The notes under the pieces were generated by a model. The model was given only the letters and a program-made list of their open reading frames with translations, searched no databases and was not told the DNA's origin. From assembly GCA_001938485.1 (NCBI GenBank), contig MQRK01230274.1:1-49437 (forward strand): a DNA stretch of 49,437 bases. The letters run 5' to 3'. Positions 25,191 through 37,899 of the stretch are shown here, piece after piece (position 1 is the first letter of the stretch; every line of letters begins with the position of its first letter). This DNA comes from Girardia tigrina. Its lineage: Eukaryota. Made by a program: the position numbers and the translations under genes.

Positions 25191-27812
25191 GTAGTAATAA
25201 TCATAACTGAATATAAAAGACAGGAAAAAGATAGATTATCGTAGCATATCTTGGGCGTGGCTTCGTTCGTTTTATGAGATGAAATAGTATAATATTTGTT
25301 AGTTTATTATCTATTTTATTAAAACAACATTTTAATATTTTGTCATGGATAAAGTTACAAACAAAACATATTTTTCCTAAGGCCTCAAAATGAGTGAATT
25401 CTAAATCCATTATTATTTTCTGCTATCTTCCTTGATGATGTTTTCAGGGAATATTAATTTTTTTGTTTAAATGTTACCTACAGTATTTTAGTATGAATAT
25501 ACAAAGGATAGAAGGAATTATCTTCGGATAAAACATTTTGTTTGTAACGGGTTTTAAAGATTTTAATCACGTTTTCTTTACTTTAATTTAGTTATTGACA
25601 GAGATTTCTGTTTACATTCTTTCTAATAATGTTTTTCTTTAATGTTATTGTTAGGATTTTTTTATGAAATGTTTTTTAAAATATTTGAAATAATAATTGA
25701 ATTCAGTGTCATTTTAAAAAAAAAAATCTCTATCGGGATATTTTGGCGGTATCGCTGTTATTGTTGTTGTTGAAGAAGATTTTTGTGATTTGCGACGAGA
25801 AGAACGTAAAGCTGTTACGGGTGGCGGTCGTCTCGCGGAGCGGGATCACACGGGATCACATTTTCTTTTCCATAGTTGCTCGAGACAAGGGCAGATGGCC
25901 GCCGTGACAGACTACTCAACGGCGGTGGGCTAAACCACTCTGCGATCAAGGAATTCATTTAAGCTTATTTGTTTTCGATAAGATCATTTTGTAATTTTAA
26001 TAATAAAACAATGAAACAAAATATATTTTTAATTAGTATTTTTAAAAAAATTAAAAGGTTATTTAAGATTATGATAAAAAAATTTAATTATATGTATAAA
26101 AGAAAGAAAAAAGCAAAGTTAATAATTACAGAAGAGAAAATGATTGAAAACAATAACAAATGACGATGGAAAAATTAATGATGTTTGTTTTATTCCTTAA
26201 TTCGAGGCAGTTCTGAAGGATATTTAAATTACACTAAATTTCGAGAGTAAATTATTTATTATTATAATATTTCTCTTAGTCTTAAGAGAGAAAAAAACAA
26301 ATTGAAATAAAATTTTTTAAATAATATTTTTTTGTACTTTTATTCTATTTATTTTGCGTTGCATTTTGCTTCAAAATATTTACCTACATTTTGGGAATAA
26401 AATTTAGACAAACTAAAATACTTTCATGAACATTTACTTTAATATTCTAAATTTATGGACTCATTGGTTTCTGCCCTCAAAAATAAAGAACATCAATAAT
26501 GTTTTCAATATCTACTTGTAAAAATTAGAAAATAATTAAAGATAAGAAAACACACTTATTTTTTATTAAAAATTTTAATTTAATGATAGATGGGAATCAC
26601 CAGTCACCAAACGAAATTACCCCTATCGGACTTGATGGCTGAAAGATGGGGCCAGTCAAGTCTCTCGAACAATATTTTCACCTGGGTGCTCCTGGGTTCG
26701 ATAGTGACTGTTTTTGCCATCGGTTGTTTTGATTACCGGGTCGATCGTTCTATATCGATGTGTGGATTATTTAAAATTGAAGTTCAGTGGATAAAAAAAC
26801 CGTCTATTGTTTTCATCAGAGTACATCGATTAAACTTGATCGATAAGAGTAAATTCAAAAAATTCCAACGAAAATGATTTATTAAAACAAAACTATTGTG
26901 TTTCTCTATCAAACAAATCTTTCATTAAAAAAGGAATTTTTTTACACAGATCAGAAATTCTAACAGAGAAAAAAATATACACAATACCAATTTTGGAATT
27001 TAAATAATATTTTAATTTCGTTACGGATATGTTAAAATTGTCGTCTGTGAGATTTATTTTGTGTGCTAATTTTTAAAATTTTTTCCTTATTTATGTGAGT
27101 GGAAATGTGGTGGTGCAAGACAACCCCCAACAAATGTTCCAAATGTTAAAAACACCCTTAAAAATTAGGAACCAAATTTTGGAAAACATCCCTCAATATT
27201 CAAAATCGAATAACATTTGAAAAGAGCAATATTGGAATAAAATAGAATCTGAAAGTTGTGCAGTCGCGGATGTCAAAGATTAGAAGCTTTAAAATAAAAA
27301 TATGTACACATTTACAGATACAGAAATTAACAGAAACTTTTAATCAAAATAATATTATAAATTATCTATGAGGATATATGAACAAATTACAAAACACCAG
27401 AAGTCAAAAATTACAAATCAACAAGGAAGCATCCAATTGAAATCTTGTCACTAGTTATGTAAATGAAGACCAAAAGATGGTGAAAGAATAATGATGTTTG
27501 GATAAACAGATTTCCCAAAAAATTCTGTTTTCTAGTAATTTAACTTATTTTGGAAATTTTCCAAAAGAATTGAACTGACACACGGCATCGATTACAATAG
27601 TTGATATTCTAAACAATAAATATACACTCAATCAATACCCTTTCAAGATACTAAAAAGGACATTATCAGTTCAGTGCCTTTGAAGGTATTGGTTTTCCTA
27701 AAAGAGATTTCTATGAAAAACAAAATAAATACATCCTGGAACAACAAAACCAATTTTTTCATCACATGACTTAGATTACGATTTAGATTTTTGCTAAGTC
27801 TGACTTTATTAA

Positions 27813-28235
27813 CGTGAGGAATATTTTTGAATGGTGTTTATTGTATGTTGTTTGGTATGTTGTTTTAGGATTGTGTTTCTCCCACCCAGATGGAAGATTG
27901 ATATTTTAAATATTTTAAAACGTCGGGTTGTTTAATCAAGTATTAAAATTTAAATAATCACTTTAAAATTAAACTAATATTTCATAAATAATATTTTAAT
28001 AATATTTTCTTAAAATAAATAAAAATTATTTCAAATTTAAAGTAGAAATTATTTTTGTAATAATTAAATTGTAATTTAAATTTGTTTGAATAATAAGACG
28101 ATAAAGAATATTATTAAAGATTATCAATCAAGAACGATGACGAGCTACGCAAGTTTTGAGGAGAATTGTTCTAGTGGCAATTCAAATTGTTATGTAAATA
28201 AATATAAAGAAAACACAACTAATTTTCTTAATAAT
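27813..28235 (+). repeat. TGTGAG-terminated family B, terminal fragment
   Basis: CGTGAGGAATAT start; motif TGTGTTTCTCCCACCCAGATGGA; ORF start MTSYASFEENCSSGNSNCYVNK..FLNN at 28137. Confidence 0.75.
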
Positions 28236-29305
28236 TAAAATAAATTAAAATTGAAAATATTAAATTATTTAACTGAAAATCAAAACTTACGATGTAGATT
28301 AATGATATAGTAAAAATAGTATTAAATTTTTTGGAAGTGGTTTCATTCAGTTTATTCGTTTTACAAACATGAAATCAGCTCGTTAATTTGAACAATTTGA
28401 AAGATAATTGTGCATTTGATCGAAAGGATGTTAATGTAAATCCTGAATTGATAACTATGGGACTAAAGTGTTTCTTTTCAAAAAATCACCTGGTAAATTT
28501 ATAAAGCCTTATATTAGCTTGAGGTATAAAATACCCGCTGTTTTATTGCTATAAACACTGCTTCAAAACATCGCTTATCTTTTCTTAAACCTAATTTCAA
28601 AAACAAATTTTGAAAAATTTAAAAGTATTTAAAGATTAAAAAATTGTTTCAATTTCGTTATTTAAATTGAGATGGCTAATCAATCACCAGCAGAACGATT
28701 CGCAGACTTCCTATGAATAAATGCTTGTTTCCAAGGTCTGATATTCCTTGTTGCTACGGCAGACACGTGTGTGCACGTCAGAGTGTTGTGTTGTACATGT
28801 TTGTGTGTTTGTATGCATGTAGTGATGGTCATCAGTCGGTTAATAACATGTTATAAAAACAACATATGTTTTGAAATATTTAAAATAAATTAATTAGATA
28901 AATAACTTGTTTTTTAAGCTATTATAAAATTATTTTTATTATTTTTTTCCTATAAAAATATTTGGTTGAATGTTTATAGAATATATTAAATTCAATTAAT
29001 GATTCTGAAATAGAGTTTTCCTGTGACTTTACTGATAGTTAAGCTTATATTGTTGTTCGTAATAAAAATGGGGGTTTTGTCAACAGAGAAAACCAATTTT
29101 ATTAAGAAAAAAGTAAAAGAATGTTTTCTATTTCCGTATTTTTTTTCTTTTATTTAAATCCCGTAATTTTTCAATTATTTATTTATTATTTTTTTGATAT
29201 AAATTTTAATTTTTTTTAACTTTAAATGATTGAGAAATAATTTTTAAATTTAAAAAATAATTTTAAAAAATTAATTTAAAAATTATTTCTCAATCATTTA
29301 AAGTT

Positions 29306-29558
29306 GAGAATATGTTTTGCAATAAATCACATACTCCTTTAGGATTGTGTTCGGACATTGTTTATCAATACACATGTAATGGGTGCAATNNNNNNNNNNN
29401 NNNNNNNNNNNNNNNNNNNNNNNNNNNNNNNNNNNNNNNGCAATAAATCACATACTCCTTTAGGATTGTGTTCGGACATTGTTTATCAATACACATGTAA
29501 TGGGTGCAATGCCACATACATCGGAGAGACTGCCCGTCATCTCTGCAAACGAGTCCAT
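29306..29558 (+). mobile_element. Penelope-like GIY-YIG fragment (partly duplicated around an N gap)
   Basis: TPLGLCSDIVYQYTCNGCNATYIGETARHLCKRV, similar to 14465-14575. Confidence 0.9.
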
Positions 29559-29592
<34 letters not shown>

Positions 29593-29603
29593 TATCAATT
29601 TAA

Positions 29604-30002
29604 ATGTCACAAGTGTGTCGTCATCTCCGCACTAGAATAGCTGAACACACCCAATTGAGTAGGAATAGCTCGATTCTAGATCACATTACAAAATGCAGAA
29701 ATAGAGATAAAGTTAACTATGAAACTGAATTTACAGTTTTGAAGAAAAATTTTGAGACGTATCATGAGAGGGTAGTCACAGAGGCATTATTAAACCATGC
29801 TTAAATGTTCAAAGTGAATTATCCAATCATATTAAAATCTTTTAATATTAATTTAAAAAAAAGAAAAAAAGATTAATTGCGTAATAATCAATGTGCCATA
29901 TAAATGACTTGTGATTTGAAATTTACTTCACAACTGATGATGCCGTAATGGCGAAACATGTTTTGAGAAATAAAACTTTTAAAATGGCGTTTGTTATTCA
30001 TT
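29604..30002 (+). mobile_element. 5'-truncated Penelope-like element: GIY-YIG C-terminus + pLTR
   Basis: CRHLRTRIAEH..SILDHITKC..ERVVTEALL..LNVQ, then a 3' UTR with hammerhead; (TA)n on both sides. Confidence 0.88.
29927..29969 (+). ncRNA. Minimal type I hammerhead ribozyme, family 1, best-preserved copy
   Basis: TTCACAA-CTGATGA-T-GCC-GTAAT-GGC-GAAA-CATG-TT-TTGAGAA: stem I 6/7 pairs, stem II GCC/GGC, palindromic AACATGTT stem III, GUU triplet. Confidence 0.88.
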
Positions 30003-31120
30003 ATATATATATATATATATATATTAAAATCGCTAAATAAAATCTATACACAAATCTATGTACAAGAAATAAAAAGAAAACAATTTAAAAACATCTTACC
30101 AATAAAGCATTGGATTAAAATAAATTTATTTTATCTTCCTTAAAGCAATTTACATCAAACACAATGACTTCAATTCTCGCAAACTAACCATTGGCAGCTA
30201 TCGATTGTCGTTTGAGAAAACAGTACATTACGAGGTAACGGTTTTGATAAAGATAACAATTAACACCCAACCAAAAGCTAATCTTTGAGATGAAACTTCT
30301 GACACTCAATGTAATACACTATATCTATTTTATATTCATAAAAATATATAAAAATTATATAAATTTCTGAATAAATACTTAAGTTTTATTTTGATTTAGA
30401 TCACGAAGTTATTAGTATTCTAAATCCAAAATTAAATAGAAAGGTCGTATTTTCCAGCATTATTATTTTCCAAATAAAATGAGTCGAAGAAAACCAGAAA
30501 TTATTTATAAAAACATGATTTTGTAGTTTTAAAAAATTTTTATTGATTTTTTTTCTGTACTTTGATTAAAAATATTTTAAAGGTTAATCAATATTTTACA
30601 GAAATAAATGAGACAATTAATTTCTTTTTGAATCAAGAAAATGTTTTAAAAGAAAAAGAGATAAAACTTATAAATATTTCATTAGATTGATTCATATTGT
30701 TTTAACTAAACTTAGTTTATCATAAAAATCATTTAAAATATAATATAATAAAAAGAATAAATAAAAAACATATAAATATCTTTTCGTAATAACTAAAAAT
30801 AAAAAAAAATCCATACCAAATTTATAATAAATGTATTGAATGATTTAAATAAATTAAAAAAAAACTTACTAATCAATTTTGTTTATATAAGTAAACCATG
30901 AATAATTTATGGCCTGTTTATGTATCTACTTTTTATATATTATTCTAATTTATAATTCGTGGACAATATCAACCTGCCAAACAAGACGGAATTTTCAGAT
31001 AAAATTTTATAAATTCATACTTTTAAATTAATAATAATTAAATAACTTTTGAATATTAAATAAATATAGCTTATTTAATTATAAAAAATAAATTATTGTT
31101 AATAAAATGGGGATGATGAC

Positions 31121-31121
<1 letters not shown>

Positions 31122-31187
<66 letters not shown>

Positions 31188-31216
31188 TAATATTATTATT
31201 ATTATTATTATTATTA
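31122..31216. repeat. (AAT)n microsatellite switching to (ATT)n
   Basis: Direct reading of the sequence. Confidence 0.95.
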
Positions 31217-32559
31217 TCGTTTTGATTTTGTTATGATTAGGACAACTTAAAGTCAATAAATTCAATTTGAAAAATATATTACCAAATATGTTAAATACCT
31301 TTAAAAAAGCGTTATTTTTAGGACATTATTTTTTAGTCAATAATTTCCATTTTGAATCATAAAACATTAATACATGATGACATTGTAAAATTGTAAATAA
31401 TTTTGAGTCGTCCTTTTTATTGTAAAACACATTTTAATTTTTTGTTTAAATAAAACCTTTAATGCAAAACTTTGACATTGACACATTGAAAATTCTTCTA
31501 CAAATACATAAGGTAATTTTTAATTTTAGAATTTTCCGTTAATTTCAGTAAATTTCCGAAATTTTTAAAATGCCAAAATTTTCAAAAAGGGAATCAAAAA
31601 AAGTAAATGGTTACGTGAAATAGTTCCATAAATAGTTTTCCAAATCCTTTGCTGGAGATTTGAAGAGCGCACTTTGAAGAGCGAAGACAGTAGGGTACCC
31701 TGGAAGACTCAAATCATAACTTATGATTTAAAAATTGAAATAAATTTTTATTGTATTTGATTAAAACAAACTATTTCAAGTGTTTATTATCTAAAATTGT
31801 TACATCAATTGAATTATCATTTTAGATGAAATGACAACATTATTTTGATAACATATGAAAAATTACGATTTTAAATAATTTAAATAATAATATAATGGTT
31901 TAATTATTAAATAAGAATCGGTGAGATCAAAAACATGTATTCATAGTCCGTAAATGGTGTCTCATTTTAGATAGGGGTCCTGGAAATATGTGGCCCTCAC
32001 TTCATATCCTCAGCGATGAAGATATGACAATTTAATAACACTTTAGAATTATTTATTATTTGGCGGAACGCAATTAACATTACAATTCTCGTTTTTTATT
32101 TTGCCTATTTTTCTCATTTGAAATTTGTTACATATACACAGAATAAGTTTTTAAAAGGAAACCTGGTAACAACTTTGTCTCTGTTAGGTTCGATAGCAAA
32201 AGTTAAAGTCGCAACACCAAAGTTTAATAATATAACATAATAACTTTTTTTCACTTGAGATTTATCTCTTGGTCATCCTGAAATATCCTTATTTTAGTCA
32301 TAACTAAGTAAGTGATATACTAACTTTGCACGCTGAAGCCGAGTATAACCTTCATTTTAGTCGATTGGCTACCGATTTTTCTATGGTCACAGTTTTTGAT
32401 GTTTTATAATAAAAACAGTAAAATTATTTGTTATGTAAATAAAATATTAAAAAAATTTTAAAAATTTTAATTATTGTTCAATACTGGAATCTCTTTTATT
32501 TGTTAAGATGCTAGTTATTTCTAAATTGTTTAAATCAGTATTTATCTGTGCACTCACTA

Positions 32560-33163
32560 TGTGAGAGGTGGTTGCAACATCAATATCCGAATTCATTTTT
32601 TAACACCAAACTTTATTTATATAACAACAATTCACATATTTTAAACAAATATTTTCTGTTAATTTAATTATCTCGCCACAAATTAATCTATTAAATTCTT
32701 TTCGATTCAATTTTTAAAATCTTGCAAATTTATTAAATACATTTCACATTAAAACCAAAAATTTATTTTAAAATTTATTTAAATAATACTTCTATTAAAA
32801 TATATAAATTGTTTTGACAATAAAAAGATTTATTTATAAATAAATATTTAATACTTAATGGTTTTTTATTATTTTTAATTTTAAGATATTTAATAGATAC
32901 ATTAAAAAGATATTTTTTTATTTTTAAATAGATATTTATTTTTTTATGATTTTCTTTTATTATATCATTTTTATTTTTTTTCAAAATATTTAAAAAACAC
33001 ATTAAAAACATGTTATTTTTAAATAAGTATTTGATTTTTAATAGTTGTTTTATTATTTTTAATTTTAAAATATTGAATAAGCATATTAACATTAAAATAT
33101 TTTACCTTTTAAAAAAATAATAAATTATTCTGGCGAGATAAAAATTTAAATTAACCCCTCATA
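32560..33163 (+). repeat. TGTGAG family A, complete short copy
   Basis: TGTGAGAGGTGGTTGCAAC...AAATTAACCCCTCATA; flanks CACTA/TACTA. Confidence 0.88.
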
Positions 33164-33169
33164 TACTAG

Positions 33170-34418
33170 AAATATTGATGTAAAATATGAGCTAAATTTA
33201 TTATTCTTGGTATGTAGTAGGCAATTATTATATATTTACTATTATGTAATTTTTAGCATAAAAAGAAAATGCATAAATGATCTCATTAAATTTTGCTGTG
33301 TTCGGGGAAGTTATCTTAGTGAGCCGTAAGACCAAGAATCATCCGCCCAAAATTATTGCATTTGTAAAGAATAGTAGTATTTAGGAATGAAACTAGGCGA
33401 CCAAGATAAGGTCTTTGCTCTTCACTTATGCTGCAAGTTGTGCTCTGAAAATCTGTGGCTATGGTGGAATATAAAATTGAAGTCTTTACCATTTGAGGTA
33501 CCTATGGTGTTGAGAGAAAACATGGATCATTCAACAGACTGCTATTTTTGTATGACAGACACAAGGAATTTTATAAGAAAGAGGGTAGAACAAGCGCATT
33601 CTTAAAGACGAAATTTTCTCGTGTCAGCGAGGCTAAGCTCAAAAATGGTATATTTGGCGGGTTTCAGATTCTGGAATTATTGCATGATTCCAAATTTGAT
33701 GACATTCTTGAGAGAAAGGAGTAGAAGAAATGTTTATCATTGAAGTCAATTGTCACAAACGTCTTAGGAAATCATCGCAGTGATGTATACGAACAATTTG
33801 TAAAGGATCTTTTAAGTAGTCTTAATGCCCTTGGCGCGCATATGTCTATTAAAATGCATTTTCTTAGCTCCCATTTAGAACACTTCCCTGAAAACTGCGG
33901 TGATATCAGCGAGGAACAGGGTAAAATGTTCCATCATGACATTCGTGTGATGTAAGAGAGATATCAAAATCGATGGGATATAAACGTGTTGTCTGACTTT
34001 TGTTGGTTTCTCAAACAAGATTCTACGACTACCTCACACGCTCGAAAGGCATTAAAAAGACCATTCATTCCCTCTTGATATATTATATTATTATTTGTTA
34101 TGCTATTTATACTCCTGACAATTTGATGATTTTGTATTCATTAAATAATTATAATTTGTTTGCATTACCTCCTTCCCATCATGGGATTAGCTGTCACTAA
34201 GGACAATGGAGGATTAGCTACCATGTCCTTTTAAACTTCTTGGGGATAAGCACAAGAAGTGTCAATGACATTTTTTAAATAACAAAACATGATTGGAATG
34301 AAAACGGAAGCCAATCAAGAATAATGCTTGAAATATTTGAGATCAGCGTGCATAAATTAACTATAATCTGTTGAAAAACCGTTGGCCTTTTGAAAATAAT
34401 ATTTTTTGTAGATCACTG
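33170..34418 (+). mobile_element. Chapaev3/CMC-like DNA transposon relic, internally deleted
   Basis: KLGDQDK..HLCC..C..LPF.VPMV.RE..DH.TDCYFC; SEAKLKNGIF.G.QI; LGNHR..MSIKMHFL.SHL.HFPENCG.ISEEQG..FHHDI; end TTTGTAGATCACTG-TA. Family name is from recalled motif similarity. Confidence 0.7.
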
Positions 34419-36966
34419 TAATTGATATAATAAAGGAAGTCAAGTGAACGAATTCAGTTCAATTATCAATTGTCTGAAGAATAAGTTCAATTTGGGGATG
34501 AATTCATTTAAAAATCTTTGTATCAACTAAAGTTTGATTCTTCGTAAACTTCTATTATTTTTGTGTCAGTATTTACAGTTTAAAAGAAATCGATTTTGCA
34601 TTAAGTTCTTCGTTCCCTCCGATTGTGAAACCAAATTTGTTCTCAATTTTCTTGCAAGAATATCAAACGCAAATACATTATTCTTCCATAACAAAAATGC
34701 TCTAGTACTTAAATAGGGTAATAAATGAGATGTTTTTATGCTTACAATATCTCATACTCCCCCGAGATGGTTGCCTATTATAAAAAGGATTATAAGACTG
34801 GTGAAAGAATGATAAAACATTAATGTGTTGTGGACTATAATTATGATCTGAACGCAGATGACCAATTTTCGGAGATTGTCGGTAAAAAACAAAAGAATTT
34901 GTTTTTTTAACTTATTGAAAGTTAAAATACGCAATAATTTTGATATATATAAAATTCGAAATCCAATCAAGATTTCACTGACTGGTTTCAAGATAAGTAT
35001 CGATTATAAGTAGTTTGATGTTGAGCTATATAATCATGGTTGTCTCGAAAGATATCACACTTTAACCAAATATTAACATATTATAAAAATTGAAATTTCG
35101 TATTTAGAAAAGCCAGTCCTGAAAGATTTACATAAAAGTATATAGAACTCAAAGTAGTAGTTCTATTCTGGCCTTCATTAAGCTCACCTAAATTTCCAGA
35201 CCCATTTATATTTTTCTTACATCCATAAGTTAGCATCGGGACTACCTTGAGATTCATTGACATAGAAGACGATACATAGACTACTAAAAGTATATGTTAA
35301 GTTTTCATCATCTCAGTTACTTCAAACAAACAGCAGACCGATAAAAACATAAACAAATAAGACAAGAATGTATTTCAGTCCCACTTTAACTTCCTCATGA
35401 TTTTTGATTTTTCGTATATTTAAACAAAAAATTACTCAATTTTTCTAATATATTTTTTTGTTAATTTAAATTTTTTTGTTGGTTAAATTTATTTTTTGAT
35501 TATTATTGTGAGTAGGAATAGTTATGTAATAAATATTGTTTGTTACTAACAGAAATAACTAAGGTTTATTACGTAATAATTTTTGTGTGATTGTTGATGA
35601 AGTTGATTGTGTAAAGTCAGTTGTGATAATACAATAAAATGGGTTACTTGTCTGATGTTGAATTTATGCTGAATGTATGTTAAATGTATGTTGAATGTAT
35701 GTGTGTGTTTGAGAGTGTAAACCAATGAAAAGGCTTTGAAAATGTGAGTCATTATAACATTAATATTTTCCCCATTAAATAGTCGAGATTATGGATATTG
35801 TGTTAAAAATTAATAAATCTTAGAATCGGATTTAGTCATTTTATTTTAAATGGATAACAATTATTATTATCATTATTATTATTATTATTGTAAGATGTTT
35901 TTGGAAAATCTTCCACGATATCAATATTAAAAGCAGACATCAGTTTTTCAAGTTTATTATTTTCTACAAAAAAATGTTTAATATATAGAAAAACAAATTT
36001 AATGAAAATTAAATTCATTTATTTTTTTCAATTTTGAGGAACTATTTATTTCATAAATCTCATACCGGCATAATAAAAATAAATATAGTGTTAATAATCC
36101 ATTTGACTTTTTTTAATTTCCGACAATTAAATTATTTCATTTTCTTTAATTAAATTTACGAAATTTTTTCATAGTTAACATAACTTTCTTTAGTTCTTGA
36201 TTTTTTTGATTTTAAAATGACACTTTGAATTCAATTATTATTTAAAAAATTTTAAAAAATATTTCCTCAAAAATTCCTAACAATTATTATTATTATTATA
36301 TAATTTTAGTATGTATATAAGTAATTATGAAGTAGATGTGATTTGGTTTTGTTCCTACAATCCCTAATATTTTTTTATGAAAACAAAAAAATTTAATTCT
36401 ATTATTAAGTGAAAGAATGATGTTATATCTTTTACGGTAATGACTGCTTGTACTAATGAATCTCTAAAGTAGTGCATCTGTGAACTAGTATATTAAAAAT
36501 AACGTGTACAACAGATCAAATATCTAGATCGATTATCTCAAAAAAAAGAAATATTTATTACAAGGGGAAATGCACAAAATAATGAACATCGTTAATAGGA
36601 AAGTTACTGTCGACCCTGTTGTACGCGCTGCAGAAGGAGGGACGATCGTTTGATGATAATCCGAGAATGATTTTTTTTATTGAACGACGATTATTAGGAA
36701 ACTATCAACGGTTGAGTTACTGAATAATTTAACGTTTGACGTCGAAATCATTCTGTATGAACTGAATTTTGTTGTCGGCATTGTTGTCGAATAGATTTTG
36801 TTTAGGATGATTTCATTATGGGTTTCATAGATGCAAAGTAGATAGAATTTTTGCTCTTTTAAATATCTTCTTTATTGATAAAAACTCGGTAAGTTTTCAA
36901 TTAGTCGTTCAATTATTAATCCAAATTTTTATTGATTACTTTAACGTAATAATAATTATTAATATA

Positions 36967-37136
36967 CAGTAAAATCTCTCTATATAAGAAAAGTTGCTTA
37001 TAGAGAGGGAATGAATATAAATTAAATTAATGAATAATAGAAAAAAATAATGCTTTGAATCTGTTTTAATTTTCAATTTAACAAATAAATACAAAATAGA
37101 CTAATTAAAAACAGACTTTATAGAGAGGTTTTACTG
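36967..37136. mobile_element. 170-bp Tc1/pogo-type MITE
   Basis: TIRs CAGTAAAATCTCTCTATA / TATAGAGAGGTTTTACTG, TA TSD. Confidence 0.88.
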
Positions 37137-37899
37137 TAGTACTTTTTGAACTTTTTTTATTTCTTTCCTTCAAATTACTGATCTAGCGATAAATGACGGT
37201 CCTTCAGAGGGAGAAGCGACGATGATAATAGATAAAATTTTAATATAAATAAAAAAATATATTTTATTTTTGGATAAATAACAAGGTTTTCTTTATGTAG
37301 ACACAATACTTATTATTATATTTATTTATTTAATCTTTTAGAAACATTTTAAAAACGTAGTTGTACTACTTAACACAATTATTTACAATATTTAGCAGTA
37401 AAAGCTCAAATTATTATCCATTACAAAATATCATTTTGGCAATTAACAAAAGCGGAAACTGCCAACTCAGCTTATTTGAACAGTTTTGTAAATAAAATAA
37501 TAAATGTTTATTGCTTTTTACTTTACAGCGAAGTTTATTGGGAGACTCAATGTTTTCATGTTTTAGGAAAGTTATATTATTTTATTAAAATGAATACCCA
37601 CTCTTGAAACATAAGTAACAAAAAGTTGAAAAATATTTGCACAGGTCTTAAGTTAGGTTTATTGTTTCAGTTTCATACAAAGATTTTAGTACACCTATAG
37701 GTGAGTTATGTTTGAAAAGAAGTTTGACTGAAGGTTAACTTAATTGATTAAAAAATTGAATAAAATAAATTGAATACAAACACAGTTAATAAAACGGTAA
37801 TAATCATATCAATGATATAACATGCTCCTCATTTTTGATCACAATACATATAAGAATACTGGACACACTGTTGAGAAGGAATGTAGTAAAGTCTTAAAA

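Noticed and set aside
28821-28870. hAT-like terminus TAGTGATGG
   Set aside because: No matching opposite TIR or TSD found
29319-29510. 71-bp direct duplication of the GIY-YIG segment
   Set aside because: Identical sequence on both sides of a 50-N gap; most likely unmerged overlapping contig ends
31071-33092. Short I/K/F/N/Y-rich ORFs here and across the window
   Set aside because: Expected by-products of AT-rich and microsatellite sequence
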